A stretch of 64,000 nucleotides of DNA from Lingula anatina. Lineage: Eukaryota; Animalia; Brachiopoda. Below the pieces are notes generated by a model. The model saw only the letters and a program-made list of their open reading frames with translations. It had not been told where the DNA came from and searched no databases. How positions within the stretch are numbered: the first letter of the stretch is position 1; every line of letters begins with the position of its first letter. Both the position numbers and the translations under genes were made by a program. The stretch lies in the NCBI GenBank assembly GCA_051362555.1, contig CM120647.1, positions 7,502,001 to 7,566,000 on the forward strand, read 5' to 3'. Below are positions 27,340 through 40,426 of this stretch, piece after piece.

Positions 27340-28632
27340 CTAATGAATAACTTTGCTTATGTCCACTTTTACCGACCTGAAGATACGTTCACAAGCGACA
27401 TCAGCTGTTTTTTCACCAAATATGTTCATATCGTTTAATCTGTAATATTCAATTAAACGCTTAACATCCGCATAGTGTTTTTTCTGAGCCCTGTCACAAG
27501 CAGGATCCCACGTCCAGTCGGAGTATTCAAAATTGAAAAGATTTCTATGAATGTTGCTTTTATTGAAATACCTGCAGTGGTCAGGGCAAATGTCAAACCC
27601 ACCCGAGTGGCAAATGCCTTCGAGGAGAGCTTGGGGGTAGTAGCTTTTTAAATTGTACGGAGGCAGTAAAACTTCGTCCTTTTGGGGTGCGTGGTAACGC
27701 CAGTGGATTGCTACTCTCGTAATAGGTGTGCGTTCCTTCGCTGTAAAATTATCACGGTAGAATTTCAAAGGCATCCTGCCTTGGCTTTCTTTCATCCAGT
27801 TTCCATTCGGACGCTTTTGAATACGAAAATTGTATTCACTGCGATGAAATGTGTATATATACTGGCACATGATGTTGAACTGTGAGAAAATATCTACGAC
27901 TGTATACTCTTTAAATATATCATCAAATGGTTTATTGTGTCGTTTTTCGAGGTAATGTCGCAATTTAACGATGTGTTCAACTTTCACAATGACGGGAAAA
28001 TACCCCATGCATTTCATTACCTCTGGTTTTCCAAACAGTTTACTTGTCTTCAGGGCTACTCCTCTCCACCAGCTATTAAGTAAACTTCCATAAACTCCAA
28101 TGACTACGGGTTTTCCGTTTAGGAAGAGATCCTCTGGCGTGACAGTTGACACGAATAAAGTATCCGTATCCACAAATCCGACGTATTCAGCGTTAGTGTA
28201 ATTCTCCGGGTAAAACATCGACCATTGTTGTCGATCGTGTCCGTGGTTGTTGTAGGCTTTCGAGGGATTTTCATAAAATACTTTCGGGTAAGGGTACCTG
28301 TTACGCAGTTCCTCTCCACAAAGATGATCACTTTTGGTCTCGTTATCCAATACAACTACCAGCCGAGTATCATTTGGCCAGAATAACTTCATACTGGGTA
28401 TCAGTATTTTGTCATAGATATCCTTTTTGGCTGAGCACATGCGAACGAAGACCTCAAAGCTTGGGACAGTTGCCCATGGGTTAGCAATACCCACTGCATA
28501 ACCGTCTAGATTCTGGGTAGCACTCATTTTTAAAATATGAACCAGTAGTAATTTGTTCCACAGTAAAATGCATATCAGGGAGATCGTACTAATTATAAAC
28601 ATCCCACTGAAGATTTTGAATATGGAAGCCAT
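27340..28632 (-). CDS. Intronless type II membrane glycosyltransferase-like protein (GT-A, DxD)
   Basis: 452-aa ORF from 28698; the likely start is MASIFK at 28632. N-terminal TM (FIISTISLICILLW), FVDTD DxD motif, and a QQWSMF...LF.NGKP pattern reminiscent of DUF6492-like GTs (from recall, not searched). Confidence 0.8.
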   Translation of the reverse strand: MASIFKIFSGMFIISTISLICILLWNKLLLVHILKMSATQNLDGYAVGIANPWATVPSFEVFVRMCSAKKDIYDKILIPSMKLFWPNDTRLVVVLDNETKSDHLCGEELRNRYPYPKVFYENPSKAYNNHGHDRQQWSMFYPENYTNAEYVGFVDTDTLFVSTVTPEDLFLNGKPVVIGVYGSLLNSWWRGVALKTSKLFGKPEVMKCMGYFPVIVKVEHIVKLRHYLEKRHNKPFDDIFKEYTVVDIFSQFNIMCQYIYTFHRSEYNFRIQKRPNGNWMKESQGRMPLKFYRDNFTAKERTPITRVAIHWRYHAPQKDEVLLPPYNLKSYYPQALLEGICHSGGFDICPDHCRYFNKSNIHRNLFNFEYSDWTWDPACDRAQKKHYADVKRLIEYYRLNDMNIFGEKTADVACERIFRSVKVDISKVIH

Positions 28633-28848
28633 ATTACTCCGGCCAGTGAGAATAGCAATTTTTCGATGCATTCCCAGCTCACAAAATGTCGTTGTCATAG
28701 GCAGGCGCGGATCCCCACCGTCTTCGACGGTCTCTCGGGTGTATCAATGGCAGTCTTCCAATACGAGTTATGTCAATGGACAGCCATAATTAATATCTCC
28801 TGTCCATCGCATATGCTGTCACCTGACTCCGCCCACAGCCGTCACTAA

Positions 28849-30091
28849 AGATACCATTCCCACAGATATTTAGATCGATCTATCCCCTTGGGGAGTCTCA
28901 CTAGACCAGCTTAATCGGCTTAAATGTTTATCCCGCCTACTAGAAGCTGTAAGGAGGTAATTAACTTTCTTGCGCGTTCGGCTCCCGGAACCTGACAGCA
29001 ATTTAGCGTGAACCCCCAGGGAGTTAGGTCGCTCCAGATGGATCGATCTATATCTGTGGGAACCCAGTCTAAGAGACTTTTCTAAGAGACTATCGTACTA
29101 AATTTGGATCGATATATCTTCACGGGGATTCTCACTAAAATGCGGCTTAAATAGATATCTGTCACGCCTCGTCTTAAGTTTTTAGGGGGTAATAAACGAC
29201 TGGAGGCCTAGCGTGCTTGGAAGTTATGTACCCCCTAGTCAATCAGTGGGCGTGACAGCCGCTTACGCTGATAGCAATTTAGCCTATATTCCCATGAAGT
29301 AAGACCGATACAGTTGGATCGATCTAGGGATGGGAACTCAGTCTAACACCCCATTCTCATAGATTAGATCGACCTACATTGGATCGACCTAACTCCCTGG
29401 GGGTTCACGCTAAATAGCTGTCAGCCGGGCGGACACGAAAGTTAATTACCTCTTAAAGCTTGTAGTAGGCGGGGACGGACACTTAAGGGGGATTATCTGA
29501 CAGTAATCTAGTGAGACTCCCCGCGGTGATAGATCGATCTAAAAGTTGTGAGAACAGAGCCTAAGAGGCCATTCCCACAGCTGTTTGGATCGATCTATAT
29601 CCCTGAGGAGTCTCACTGAATTGCTAACAACTTAACCGTCTTAAATGTCTGTCCCACCCAGTAAAGCCGTGACAGCCGTGACAGACATTTAAGATGGTTA
29701 GGTGATCGCAATTAATGAGACTCCCCAGGAAGATAGACCGATCCAAATATCTATGGAAATGGCCACTTAAACTCATTACGAGCTGACCGTCTCCCAAACT
29801 ATAACAAGCATAATTACTTCAGTTGTTTGTCTTGGGGCAACAGCTGACCGTCTTCCTACTCCTTTGTTTGTCTTTCACCCCATTTCCATAGATTAGATCG
29901 ACCTACTTTAGATCGACCTAACTCCCTGGGGGTTCGCGCTAAATAGCTGTCAGCCGGGCGGACACGAAAGTTAATTACCTCCTTACAACTTGTAGTAGGC
30001 GGGACGGACATTTAAGTCGGATTATCTGAAAGTAATCTAGTGAGACTCCCCGCGGGGATAGATCGATCTAAAATCTATGGGAATAGAGCCT
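28849..30091. repeat. Cluster of about five related ~210-bp MITEs
   Basis: Copies at ~28849-29070, 29071-29344, 29346-29562, 29566-29766 and 29876-30091 share the GATCGATC/CTCCC core and TIRs, in mixed orientation. Confidence 0.8.
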
Positions 30092-31851
30092 TTGGTGTTG
30101 GGCTTGGACAGGTATAGGTACTCAATTTGCTTTTGATAAAATCAATTAGAAGGCCAGTTTAACTAACAGTTTAAACTAGACCAGGTATCTGACATTAGGA
30201 GGTGCTATTAGCAACGCCACACCAACAAGAGAACATACGGGCATACCGTAGAGATGTGTTCTTCCATATTTAGCTAGTGACCAGCAAAATATAAGATCCA
30301 TATGTTATTGTCAAGGAATGTATGTCTTGATCCATATCTGACTTTTTTTTTTTTTTTTTTTTTTTTTGTACATGTACCCCCACAACAGATGTCATGAGAC
30401 TACGGTCTCGCCTCGAGTGGTTTACAGGTAGATCATATCAAAAGCTGACAGCGTCCGAATTGTCATTATCGTGATTTATTAACGTCTCATATGAGTAGAT
30501 CACCCAGCCCCTCGGGCTTATAAGACACCCGACAATCTTAGATAAAAAAATCTGAACAAGAAAATATGCTGAATGCCTCATTTTTTTTTCTATTTAATCT
30601 TCCATTAGGTTCCTTAAAGCTTTATACATAACCTTTTCAGTTTTCCCCAAACCAACGACCCATACTGTAAAAATTGAAGTCACACAGCTGTTCATCAATT
30701 TTTGGTATCTGTAGAATCCCATTTGACTAACTTTTTGATTTTGCTATAATTGAACCCAATGCAGTAGCAGATTCATATAGAAATTTGGTACTTTATTGAA
30801 AATTTCTTACTTATCAAACCATTGGTGACCTACACATTTTAACTACACTGGTGGTGGCGAACCGCGGTATCAGCTTTAAATTTAATGCTACGCATGACTT
30901 TGTATTACAATTATGAAATCTAAGTAAGGTATTACTGTGATTTGAATATCGTTGTGAAGCTGAAGCACTCATCTATTATAAAGCTTATAACGTATATATG
31001 ACAAGGAATGAGGTCAAAATAAAACGGCGTCGAATTTGAAATGAGGTCAAATTTTAAGTATTTTCATGATTTCATACGAACAAATACATTTTTTGTATTC
31101 AAAGTAAGTGTCACAAGAGTACGGTTTTGGGGCATTTTTGATCATTTTCATATTTATTACTTATTTTTTATGGAGCTCTGACAGTTTATTTCACAGTTTG
31201 TGATATTACTGAATGATACAAGTACTGTACTAAAGGGAGGGGTGTAAGCTCAATTGCCGAAAAAAAAAGGGGTATGGGAAATAAATCATTGATAATATAG
31301 GATCTAAACAAGATATAACATTGATTTATATATCATTGTGTTGCTGAAGGAGCGCTCTAAACATAAAATTAATACAAAGTATGCATGTATAACACTGTCA
31401 TATGTTGAAGTTAAGAGGAGCGGATCCAAGATTATTTGAAGGAGGGGTCTACGAATTCGAAACCTACCCTCCCCCCTCCCCCGCTAAGGGCCCCGGGAAT
31501 TGTGGTATTTATGTCTCCTCCATCTCAGTGTACCACAAACTTTTATAGTCTCATTCATAGCAAGAAAGAAGGTAACAAGGAATATTGTTTGTTCGTGATT
31601 TGGCCAAACCAGGCCGCTTTTATTATATAACCCCTCTATCCTAATCGTTTTAACAATAATAACAATGTAGCAAATTGTTGCCTGTATTAATAATAGCATT
31701 TGTCCAGCGACTGTAACATGCACAGAGATGCCATGGTTATGATTGGTTGCTCAAATATTAAAAAGAGGCACACAATTAAAACATAAAGTGCTGACCATTT
31801 ACCGATATAGGTTCCTTTACAATATGTACTTGTAAATCACATATACATGTA

Positions 31852-32420
31852 CACTGATGCTCATAAGTTAGGCAACACTTTCTTATTTCTCGAATTTCTC
31901 AGCAACCAAAATTTTTATTGAGGCAAAATTTGTACAGTAGCTAGATATTTCTCTTGTTTTAACTTTGAAATACTGGACCGTGACATTAGAGTACTATTTA
32001 CGGTTGGACACGAAAGAATATGCAATGGGGGTGCCACTTGCGAAAAACACAGTTTGGCCATGCCATGAGGAAATTCCAGTTTGGCTAGTTTCATGGGCAC
32101 AATTTGTTATTTTGGACCAACCAATGGTTAGAAGAGGACTCAACGAGGTAATCAGATGGCAAATAATGGGAAGTCATCGTACTGGGGTGCCAAAGAGACA
32201 GATTGCAAGGCAACAAAAAAGCAGCACCAAGTCAATTGTCCAAACTGGTAGCAAAATGGCGCCAAACTCATCATGTATTGGACAAGCCTCTATCTGGTAG
32301 ACCAATATTAACCGACGCAACAGATGAAGATATCTGGTTCGATTATGCCACTATATAGGACCAGTTCATAAGTCAGCACGTACTTTTTGCTGTGTGAGCA
32401 TACTTTTTTGACACATGGTT
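31852..32420 (+). mobile_element. Tc1-like fragment (left end + HTH remnant)
   Basis: TA|CACTGATGCTCATAAGTTAGGCAACAC terminus; MVRRGLNEVIRWQIMG...KRQIARQ Tc1-type HTH. The right end was not found. Confidence 0.6.
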
Positions 32421-33557
32421 TGGCATATTTTAGTACCGTTTGGTTAATAAAGTTATTTGATTATTACAATAAGCTGTGTGGTGTATTTCTTTAAGCGAAA
32501 TATTCAACTTGAATAAGTTATTTATAAAATATGAAAGAAATATGCATAATCCCACCAACAAATGAAATAATGATAATGATAGAAGAAACTTCTGAAAAAA
32601 TCGGGGTGTTGCTTTTGTGGAAAGCCATCGACACTATTAATCTAACTACAGCTGAAAAATCCAAGACCGAGATGAATGAAAGATGGAAGGCCAGATTGTT
32701 TTTTATTAGCAAATGTTGCTTATGATATAAAGACGAATAAAGGGCAGTGTTAACCTTATTTTTCTTATTATGTTTTATCTGTTGTATATTTCAGACACTT
32801 GTGCTCAAATCAGTCCCGCAGCCCAAGGCAAACTGTGGCTGACGTCCTATTCATGTATAGAAGAAAAAATGAACAGGTGTGCTTTTAGCTATGTAATCAT
32901 TGCAGAATAACATTTTTATGAATCCACTCAGTGAAGGCGCTTTTAAATATTTCGGGTGCTGTTATAGTTTTAGACTTTCCAGTAAACGATCAGGTGAACT
33001 GGAACTATATTGATAGTTTTATTTGATTTTTAGGAGCCCAGTTGAAACCTCAGATAAGGACGTATGGATGCTATATTCGTCATGGGAGAACAACAGGTGT
33101 GTTTTTAGCTATATGTTATCTAACCTTCTGTCCCAAAAACTATGTTTAACACTCAATGCCAGTCTATGTTGTAAAAAGTGGTTTTAAATATCTTGGTTTC
33201 TATTAAACTTAAAGACTTTATAGAAAAACAGTCAAGTGCACTGGAACTCAGATATTTATTTTTTTCTTATTTGATTTTTTTGGGACCCCAGATCAGATCA
33301 CACATGAGGACAAGTGGATTCAATATTTGTCACGAGAAAGCGAATTTTTGAGAAATACTGAAATTTTGTATGAAAAATTAGTAATTAATAAACTTCTGTC
33401 CGTCTTGTTCTTGATGTATAGACCGAATGGACGAAATGAAGCTATCTGCTGATTATCAATTTAATGGTGTCTGTTGAATTTACTGTATACTGCATGTAGA
33501 AAACGTTACTTTTGCATATACCTAAGAGCTGCCTCTGTTCAGCAGAGCAGGGACATT

Positions 33558-33619
<62 letters not shown>

Positions 33620-33655
33620 TAACTCTGATGAGCAATACGCCAGCATTCCCTAATA

Positions 33656-33686
<31 letters not shown>

Positions 33687-34298
33687 AATAATATATTCAG
33701 CTTTAAATGTTACAATTTAACATTGTTCTCTATCTAAACTACTACTAACACTGCTCTAATGTGCTTACATCAAAAATATAAATAAAAGATAAAATAAAGA
33801 ATAAAATATCTGTCAAAGCTAAAAATCAATAAATGCGATGAGTGCTTATTAATTGTGCTGCTAACTGAATATACTGTAATATTGCCTTTAGCGATTTATG
33901 AATTTATGTATTTATTAATATACTTACTAATATACTTCAAAACTGCCTCAGTGATGTACTATTGAAGTAGTGCATTTTCTTATACACTCCAAATCTACCT
34001 CTGCGGAGTATCGTTGAAGTATTCGATGCGCGCCAGTGTAGCGCAGCATATGCATAATGCTTTTTCTCAGCTTCACCGTAGTAGATTTGGAAGCTAATTA
34101 GCATATTTGAAGCATGCTTCTATCATGCTGCTAATCTACTGTATTAATGCTACTCTCTAAACAACCCTTTCTGATTTTTGGCGTAAAATTGCAATAGAGT
34201 ATACTGCATTTCTACACAAACATGCTCCCCACCATTACTGCACTAATGTTTTTATGCTACCCCAATACTACCTCAGTACTACTGCATTTTCGTGCGGG

Positions 34299-34936
34299 CT
34301 TTGCTTTTGTCCACTTTAACCGACCTGAAGATACGTTCACATGCAACACCAGCTGTTTTTTCACCAAATATGTTCATATCATTTAATCTGTAATATTCAA
34401 TTAAACGCTTAACATCCGCATAGTGTTTTTCTGAGCCCTGTCACAAGCAGGATCCCACGTCCAGTCGGAGTATTCAAAATTGAACAGGTTTCTATGAATG
34501 CTGCTTTTACTGAAATACCTGCAGTGGTCTGGGCAAATGTCAAACCCACCCGAGTGGCAAATGCCTTCGAGGAGAGCTTGGGGGTAGTAGCTATTCAAGT
34601 CGTACGGAGGCAGTAAAACTTCTTCCTTTGGGGGTGTGTGATGACGCCAGTGGATCGCTACTCTCGTAATAGGTGCGCGTTCTTCCGCTGTAAAATTATC
34701 ACGGTAGAATTTCAAAGGCATCCTGCCTTGGCTCTCTTTCATCCATTTTCCATTCGGACGCTTTTGAATATGAAAATTATATTCACTGCGATGAAATGTG
34801 TATATATACTGGGACATGATGTTGAACTGCGAGAAAATATCTACGACTGTATACTCTTAAAATATTTCATCAAATGGTTTATTGTGTAGTTTTTCGAGGT
34901 AATGTCGCAATTTAACGATGTGCTCAACTTTCACGA
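34299..34936 (-). pseudogene. Third glycosyltransferase-like fragment
   Basis: Homologous to the C-terminal part of 27340-28632. Truncated at both ends, bounded by a TTTTCGTGCGGG TE-like end and a MITE remnant. -1 frameshift in an A5 tract. Confidence 0.85.
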
Positions 34937-35353
34937 ATGTCTGAAAGCAATTTAGCGATGGATGGAGCCTGTTAGATCGATCTAGGTATGGGAACGGGGT
35001 CGAAGTCTCAGATGTTTCCCCCCCAGACGGGAGGGGAGATGAGTCATCAGTACTGCTGCTGTCAAGTAGAAGAGCTACCGGTATTGACCTTCTTGTTATG
35101 ACGACCGCGGGATAACAGAGAGGCTTTTTAGTTCGTTCCATGTCAATGCATGAATAACTTCGTTATTGCAAAGTGTGGGTTTGGATTGAATGCAGTAAGG
35201 AGAAACAAGAAGTTATAAAGAGACTCTCATTATAACTTCTTGGGAGAAATAAAGGGTGTGTGTGTGGGTGTGCTTGAAAGAGAGAGAGAGAGAGAGAAAG
35301 AGGGAGAGAGAGAGGGAAAGAAAGAAACAATTAGGTATGTGAGCAAATGCGTG

Positions 35354-35408
<55 letters not shown>

Positions 35409-36278
35409 TTAACATCAAGGGTAGCGATAAAATTCCAATATTTTAGTCCTCTTTTCCCTAAATTTATCATTTTCTATCTCCTACATCAATGGGTTAATCT
35501 CGTCGGCGGATAATGATACCATAACAACTATCCACCCTGATTCTCACAGGGTCACTTTTAAATCACTTCTTAAAAATATAACAATGGAATTTTGTCAATC
35601 AGCATTTATAATATTGAAAATGTGTACGTTAAACAATCAGATGTCTGCCACGAGTAGACATCTAATTCCTTTTGGAATGAGATTTATCTGACTATCCAGG
35701 AGAATGACCTCTATCTGGGGAAGGTACTTAATTCTTTCCCCTTACCGTACTACGCACTACGCTCTCTCTGATCATCCTCCGCCGTTAAAAAAAAAAAAAG
35801 CAGCATAACGAACTGAATAAACAATCATTACTGGCTGCCTGTGGGAAAACGAGTAATAAGACTTGCATAATGCCTTCTAAATTATATATAATAATTATAT
35901 ATAATAATGCCTTCTGCATTATGCAGTCAACAAACGTTATAAACTCAGGGTGTAAAGAGCTCACTGTTAAAACTTATAATTACAGTATGAGCTGCCTCCT
36001 TTGATCAAGGGCGCGTTGGTTTTTTTATAAATAGATAATGACTATTGCCGCAATGAAGCATAAATGGCTCATTTTCTCGACTAAATATGGTTTAGGATCG
36101 TAAATGATTAGGTCGTATCATCAAAGCACAATACACAGTCCGACTAAAGCTCTTGTCACATAGATAGATGCACTTTTTTGTATTGCAACTGGACTTAACA
36201 TGTAATTTAACGCTTAGGAGATTGTGTGTGTGTTGGTGTGTGCGTGTGTGGGGGGGAGGGGGGATCCCTTAGAGAAAC

Positions 36279-36752
36279 CAGGGCCGTAGCCTCCGAGGGG
36301 GCAGGGGGGCAGCTGCCCCCCCCCCCCCCCCCCCCCCCCCCTGGGATTTGAGGTACAAAAAAATAATCGCGCAGGAAGAAAAAAAATTGCAAAGTTGGTA
36401 TCAATTCTGTGAGAAAATGCGCGGATTGGCTCTCTTGCTTGTCCACAGAGGAAGAAACGTTATTCCTGATCCTGAGACAATCTACGAAATGAAGTCCAAT
36501 TGGCGTGTTGTGTTGAAAAAATGACTGTACTTATGGCAAAATGAACCCGCAATTTCTGACTTCCGATTGAGCAATAAATAACAGTTAAAATGCACCAGAA
36601 TGCAGTATTATACATACAGTTTTTAAAAATTTTCCACACCGTGGGAGGGGGACACCCCCTCCAACGCCCTGCCCCCCCCTCGTGAGCTTCGCCCCCTCGT
36701 GTCTGCTTACTGCCCCCCCCCCCCCTGGCATTTTGCTCAGGCTACGGCCCTG
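36279..36752. mobile_element. hAT-like MITE
   Basis: TIRs CAGGGCCGTAGCC / GGCTACGGCCCTG with poly-C subterminal tracts. The TSD is not clean. Confidence 0.65.
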
Positions 36753-37231
36753 GAAAACCCAATGTACTGATCAAAATTAATTTGGTTACCGGGCTGCGTC
36801 GAACGTGGGGGTTCCATTTAGGAGACTCTTAGAACTAAGTAATGGTCTGGCTATTAAGTTGTCAATACCTGTATCTGAAGCTCATGCAATACAGAAAACT
36901 GTATCTCTCAAAGTGAAAACCCCAAACCCTAAAAGGTACTGAATTTCGCCCTTACAGATTAACATATATGTAATTTGCATGGTGATCACTAATTATGGTT
37001 CTTTCGTGAGCTTTTTATCATCCCTTTCTTGATTTTATTTTTACAATTATATAATTTTTTTTAATAAAGAAAATTGAAAAGAAACCACATTGTATCCAGT
37101 AGATTCAAGTTAAGGTCAAACTGCACGAGTTAACATTGAGAACTGAGATTTAAGCAAGTTTTAAAGATGTCCATATCTATGAGCTGATGACAGATTTTAA
37201 AATTCAAATAAGTGATGTCATATGCTTCATG

Positions 37232-38440
37232 TCACATGCTTCCTAGCAAGTCTTCGTTGTGTACTTCGTAGCTGAGCTCTCCTAAATGACCCAGGAGATC
37301 TCGCGTGGAGTCGCCCCTTGTCAGTTCACATCCTTGGATTGTCGTAACAGTCATCCCTTGTTTACGGCAGCCGCTAAAGCACCTCCTGACTCCAGCCTTG
37401 AAGAGCTTCCTGAATCGTTTCGCAAAAATGAAAAAGAAAAACGAGTTTGTTGCAGGCTGTAAAGCTGTAAGCGAAAGTGAGACGAGAGAGAGATATTCCC
37501 ATTCAACTTTCGATAAAGCTAACAATTTCTTTACTATAGGGATATGTGAAATTATAGCAAAACCGAACGGCAATTGAGAAACAAACAACATAAGTATTGA
37601 GATTATTAAAAGCTTCGTGATTCTGGAGTCGAATTTTTGAAGATATTCCATGAGATAATCGTCTGTTTCCGGAAACGCCGTTACTCGTGTGTTGGATCTC
37701 CTCATTGTCAGTATGAATCTGGCGTTGCAGTAAATTAGAGCACCGAAAGGGACGATACAGTTCAAGAGCACGACGACGCTACTGTGTATTGAAACCGCTA
37801 CATCGCTGTTGCTGATGCCGTATACAACATTTACGTAGCGCTCTACTGATCCAGTACAGTTTCCCTCATTTGGAAAAGTCACGGTCCTCTCGCGGAAGAA
37901 CCAAGGAATGTTCAAAGCTATCGCTCCCACTGCTGCCACTAAAGATTCACGTCGCACGTGCTTAACTGTGCACCAGGTGTTGGACTTCAAAGGGTGACAG
38001 ACAGACAAGTACCTGTCAACCGCCTTTAAAACGATCACCCAGTTACTAAACGTTAATCCTGTCATGGCTAATGGGAAGACAAACGGTTCCATGAAAGTCC
38101 ACGCAACTTCGTAATGTCCCACCCCGATGTATGCTGTAGAGAACCGAAGGGGACCGAATAAAATACAACACATAAGATAAAATGAGTCGGATATTCCTAA
38201 GAATGTAAAGAGACAGAATGTCGTGGAGTGCCTGTATCTTTCCTTGCATACGACAAACAGTGAAAGTAAATTGAACAAGATTCCGAAAAGGCTTACGAGG
38301 CCCAGCAGTATCCCCTGTACAAGAAGTGGCGTGAAACTTCGGTCGTCTGCTGTGGGGATTAAACCACCGAATCCGTATTGGCTTGTATTAAACGCCGTGC
38401 AGTTAGCAAGCGCTCCTGTGTCTCTGTTAGCAAGTGTCAT
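37232..38440 (-). CDS. Intronless rhodopsin-family GPCR (FMRFamide/peptide-receptor-like), 402 aa
   Basis: Seven hydrophobic segments, GILFN in TM1, SD in TM2, AVDRYLSVCHPLK, FVSQLP in TM6, a degenerate NPxxY (NSFFF) followed by KRFRK, and N-terminal glycosylation sequons. Confidence 0.92.
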   Translation of the reverse strand: MTLANRDTGALANCTAFNTSQYGFGGLIPTADDRSFTPLLVQGILLGLVSLFGILFNLLSLFVVCKERYRHSTTFCLFTFLGISDSFYLMCCILFGPLRFSTAYIGVGHYEVAWTFMEPFVFPLAMTGLTFSNWVIVLKAVDRYLSVCHPLKSNTWCTVKHVRRESLVAAVGAIALNIPWFFRERTVTFPNEGNCTGSVERYVNVVYGISNSDVAVSIHSSVVVLLNCIVPFGALIYCNARFILTMRRSNTRVTAFPETDDYLMEYLQKFDSRITKLLIISILMLFVSQLPFGFAIISHIPIVKKLLALSKVEWEYLSLVSLSLTALQPATNSFFFFIFAKRFRKLFKAGVRRCFSGCRKQGMTVTTIQGCELTRGDSTRDLLGHLGELSYEVHNEDLLGSM

Positions 38441-40426
38441 TGTCCTTTGTTGAATTTTTCATCAGCTACAAGTCTCAATTCGCTCACAGCAAACTCCCAA
38501 CACTGCCCATAGGACTAATTAACCCGGCAGAATGTTTAGACGTATCCACGAATGTGATGCATCGGAATCGGTCCAAAAAATAATGAAACTCAACAAAATC
38601 TGTGATAATTAAAACTTTCACCAGTACAACAAATGAATTCTGTTTCTATTTTCAAATCGAAACACGTGACAGCGCGTAGTCACACTAATTAAACGCCCTT
38701 CCATGTCATATGACTGAATTCGAATCTATATTAAGAGAATACACGGTATAGATGACATTTAATTCACAATTTGAAACGTTTCTTTTATTCACTCTCTAAT
38801 GAGTATAATGTTCAAAAATAAATAATGTTCATGTCAATGAACTATAAGCTGTAATCACAACTCTTACAAACTAGACGTATATATTTTTGTCCGTCATATC
38901 GTAAAGAATTATTAGTGCAGTACTAGTAGCTATTCTGCACGGGCGCATGCGTAAATGAATAGCACGGTTATATTTGGGCTTATCTGTCTAGTCAACAATT
39001 GTGAACTGCACTAGTATCGTCACATGGTTTGACATCACTGTTTAGGCATCACTGTTCAGGAGTATATAAACAATGTATGATTATAGATAATTATTGTGAC
39101 ACGATATTTCTCGCATTGCGTCGGTCCGTAATTGATCATCAAGTCAAATTCTCGACCGGCCTTTCGTGATTGGATGACTTATATCTGAAATGAAATTTTT
39201 CTCTCTTGTATTGAGCACACAACAGCATTTATTTAATACGTGTCTTTTTTTCCAAAAATAAATAAATAAATAATATGAAATGAAATGAAAACAAAAAGGA
39301 AAGAAATTAGATCGAAAAGACAACCAAAACCGCTGTCTTTCCATTGTACGTTTCTCTTCCAAGGTTATTTCTCTTTTTTAATTTTATTTTTAGCTCTCGT
39401 AAAGAAACCCATGCATTATCAATCAAACAAATGCAAATAGACAACCTGCATGGTCATATTCTGAAAACAGAACTGTATCGATGTGTCAAGCATGATATCA
39501 ATGTGGTCCATGAATGGAAGCCCCGGACCCATATAATTAGTATAAGTTTGGGTTAGGTGGAGTATTAAGATTAGTATATGGGACAACATTTCATATCACA
39601 CTGGCTGATGCTGTTCGCCCTCCGATGTTATGAAGCACGTTTCCCCTATAAATAGATATGGAGAGTTAATTACACGTTTGTGAAGTGTCCATATCAGTTG
39701 TCATACAGCATAGCATGATAAAGGACATGCCTTCGTGTCGCATTCGACACCGTTTAAACATGAGCTGTTTTGCGACAAATTTTCCAGTAATGAAAGAAAG
39801 TGTCGTTCAGTACAGATCCCAAGAATGTCTTTCTTTGAAGAATGTCATTTGCAGTTTTTCTGTTCACTTGGTGATATCCGAGAATCAGGTTAAATTGACT
39901 GAGTAATCATTAAGCCTACTGCAGGGTGGGTGTCTGGAATGCCCTGCCCCCCCCCCCCCAGCCCCCTAAATTTACCCTTCCCCATTGCATGGTTTCTGTA
40001 CAGAATGAAACAATACATAATATCCAATGAAATCGTTATTTGTTCTTTTTTTTACATTTACATTTTTAGCTCAATATTCAGAAATTCTCTACCAAATTAT
40101 CATACGAGCACAGGGGTGAGTCTGACAAAAGTTGATCATACTTTCAACTGCATCCAAGCTTTTTTCTAATATTTTTTAACGATTTTATTGCATATTCCGT
40201 AGCGCAAGTACGTGCTCTCGTAGTTAACTCTACGGAATTAAATTTGTACCGTTATAATCATTTCACAAATTTTATCACGGTAACCTCAAACACGCATAAT
40301 AACAGCTAAACAAGTCTTTGGATATGCTCCGTCGAATTATAAAGAGTGCTCTACTTCTCTGTGCGTCTTTCTATAGTTTCTTTATTGTTGTTTGTAATAA
40401 GAAGAGGTCACAATATTCACGTGGTA

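Larger units (their letters stand above)
11309..28244. repeat. Tandem segmental duplication, unit B (expanded by a 9.5-kb insertion)
   Basis: Colinear with 2655-11084 once 16737-26284 and the MITEs are removed. Confidence 0.9.
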
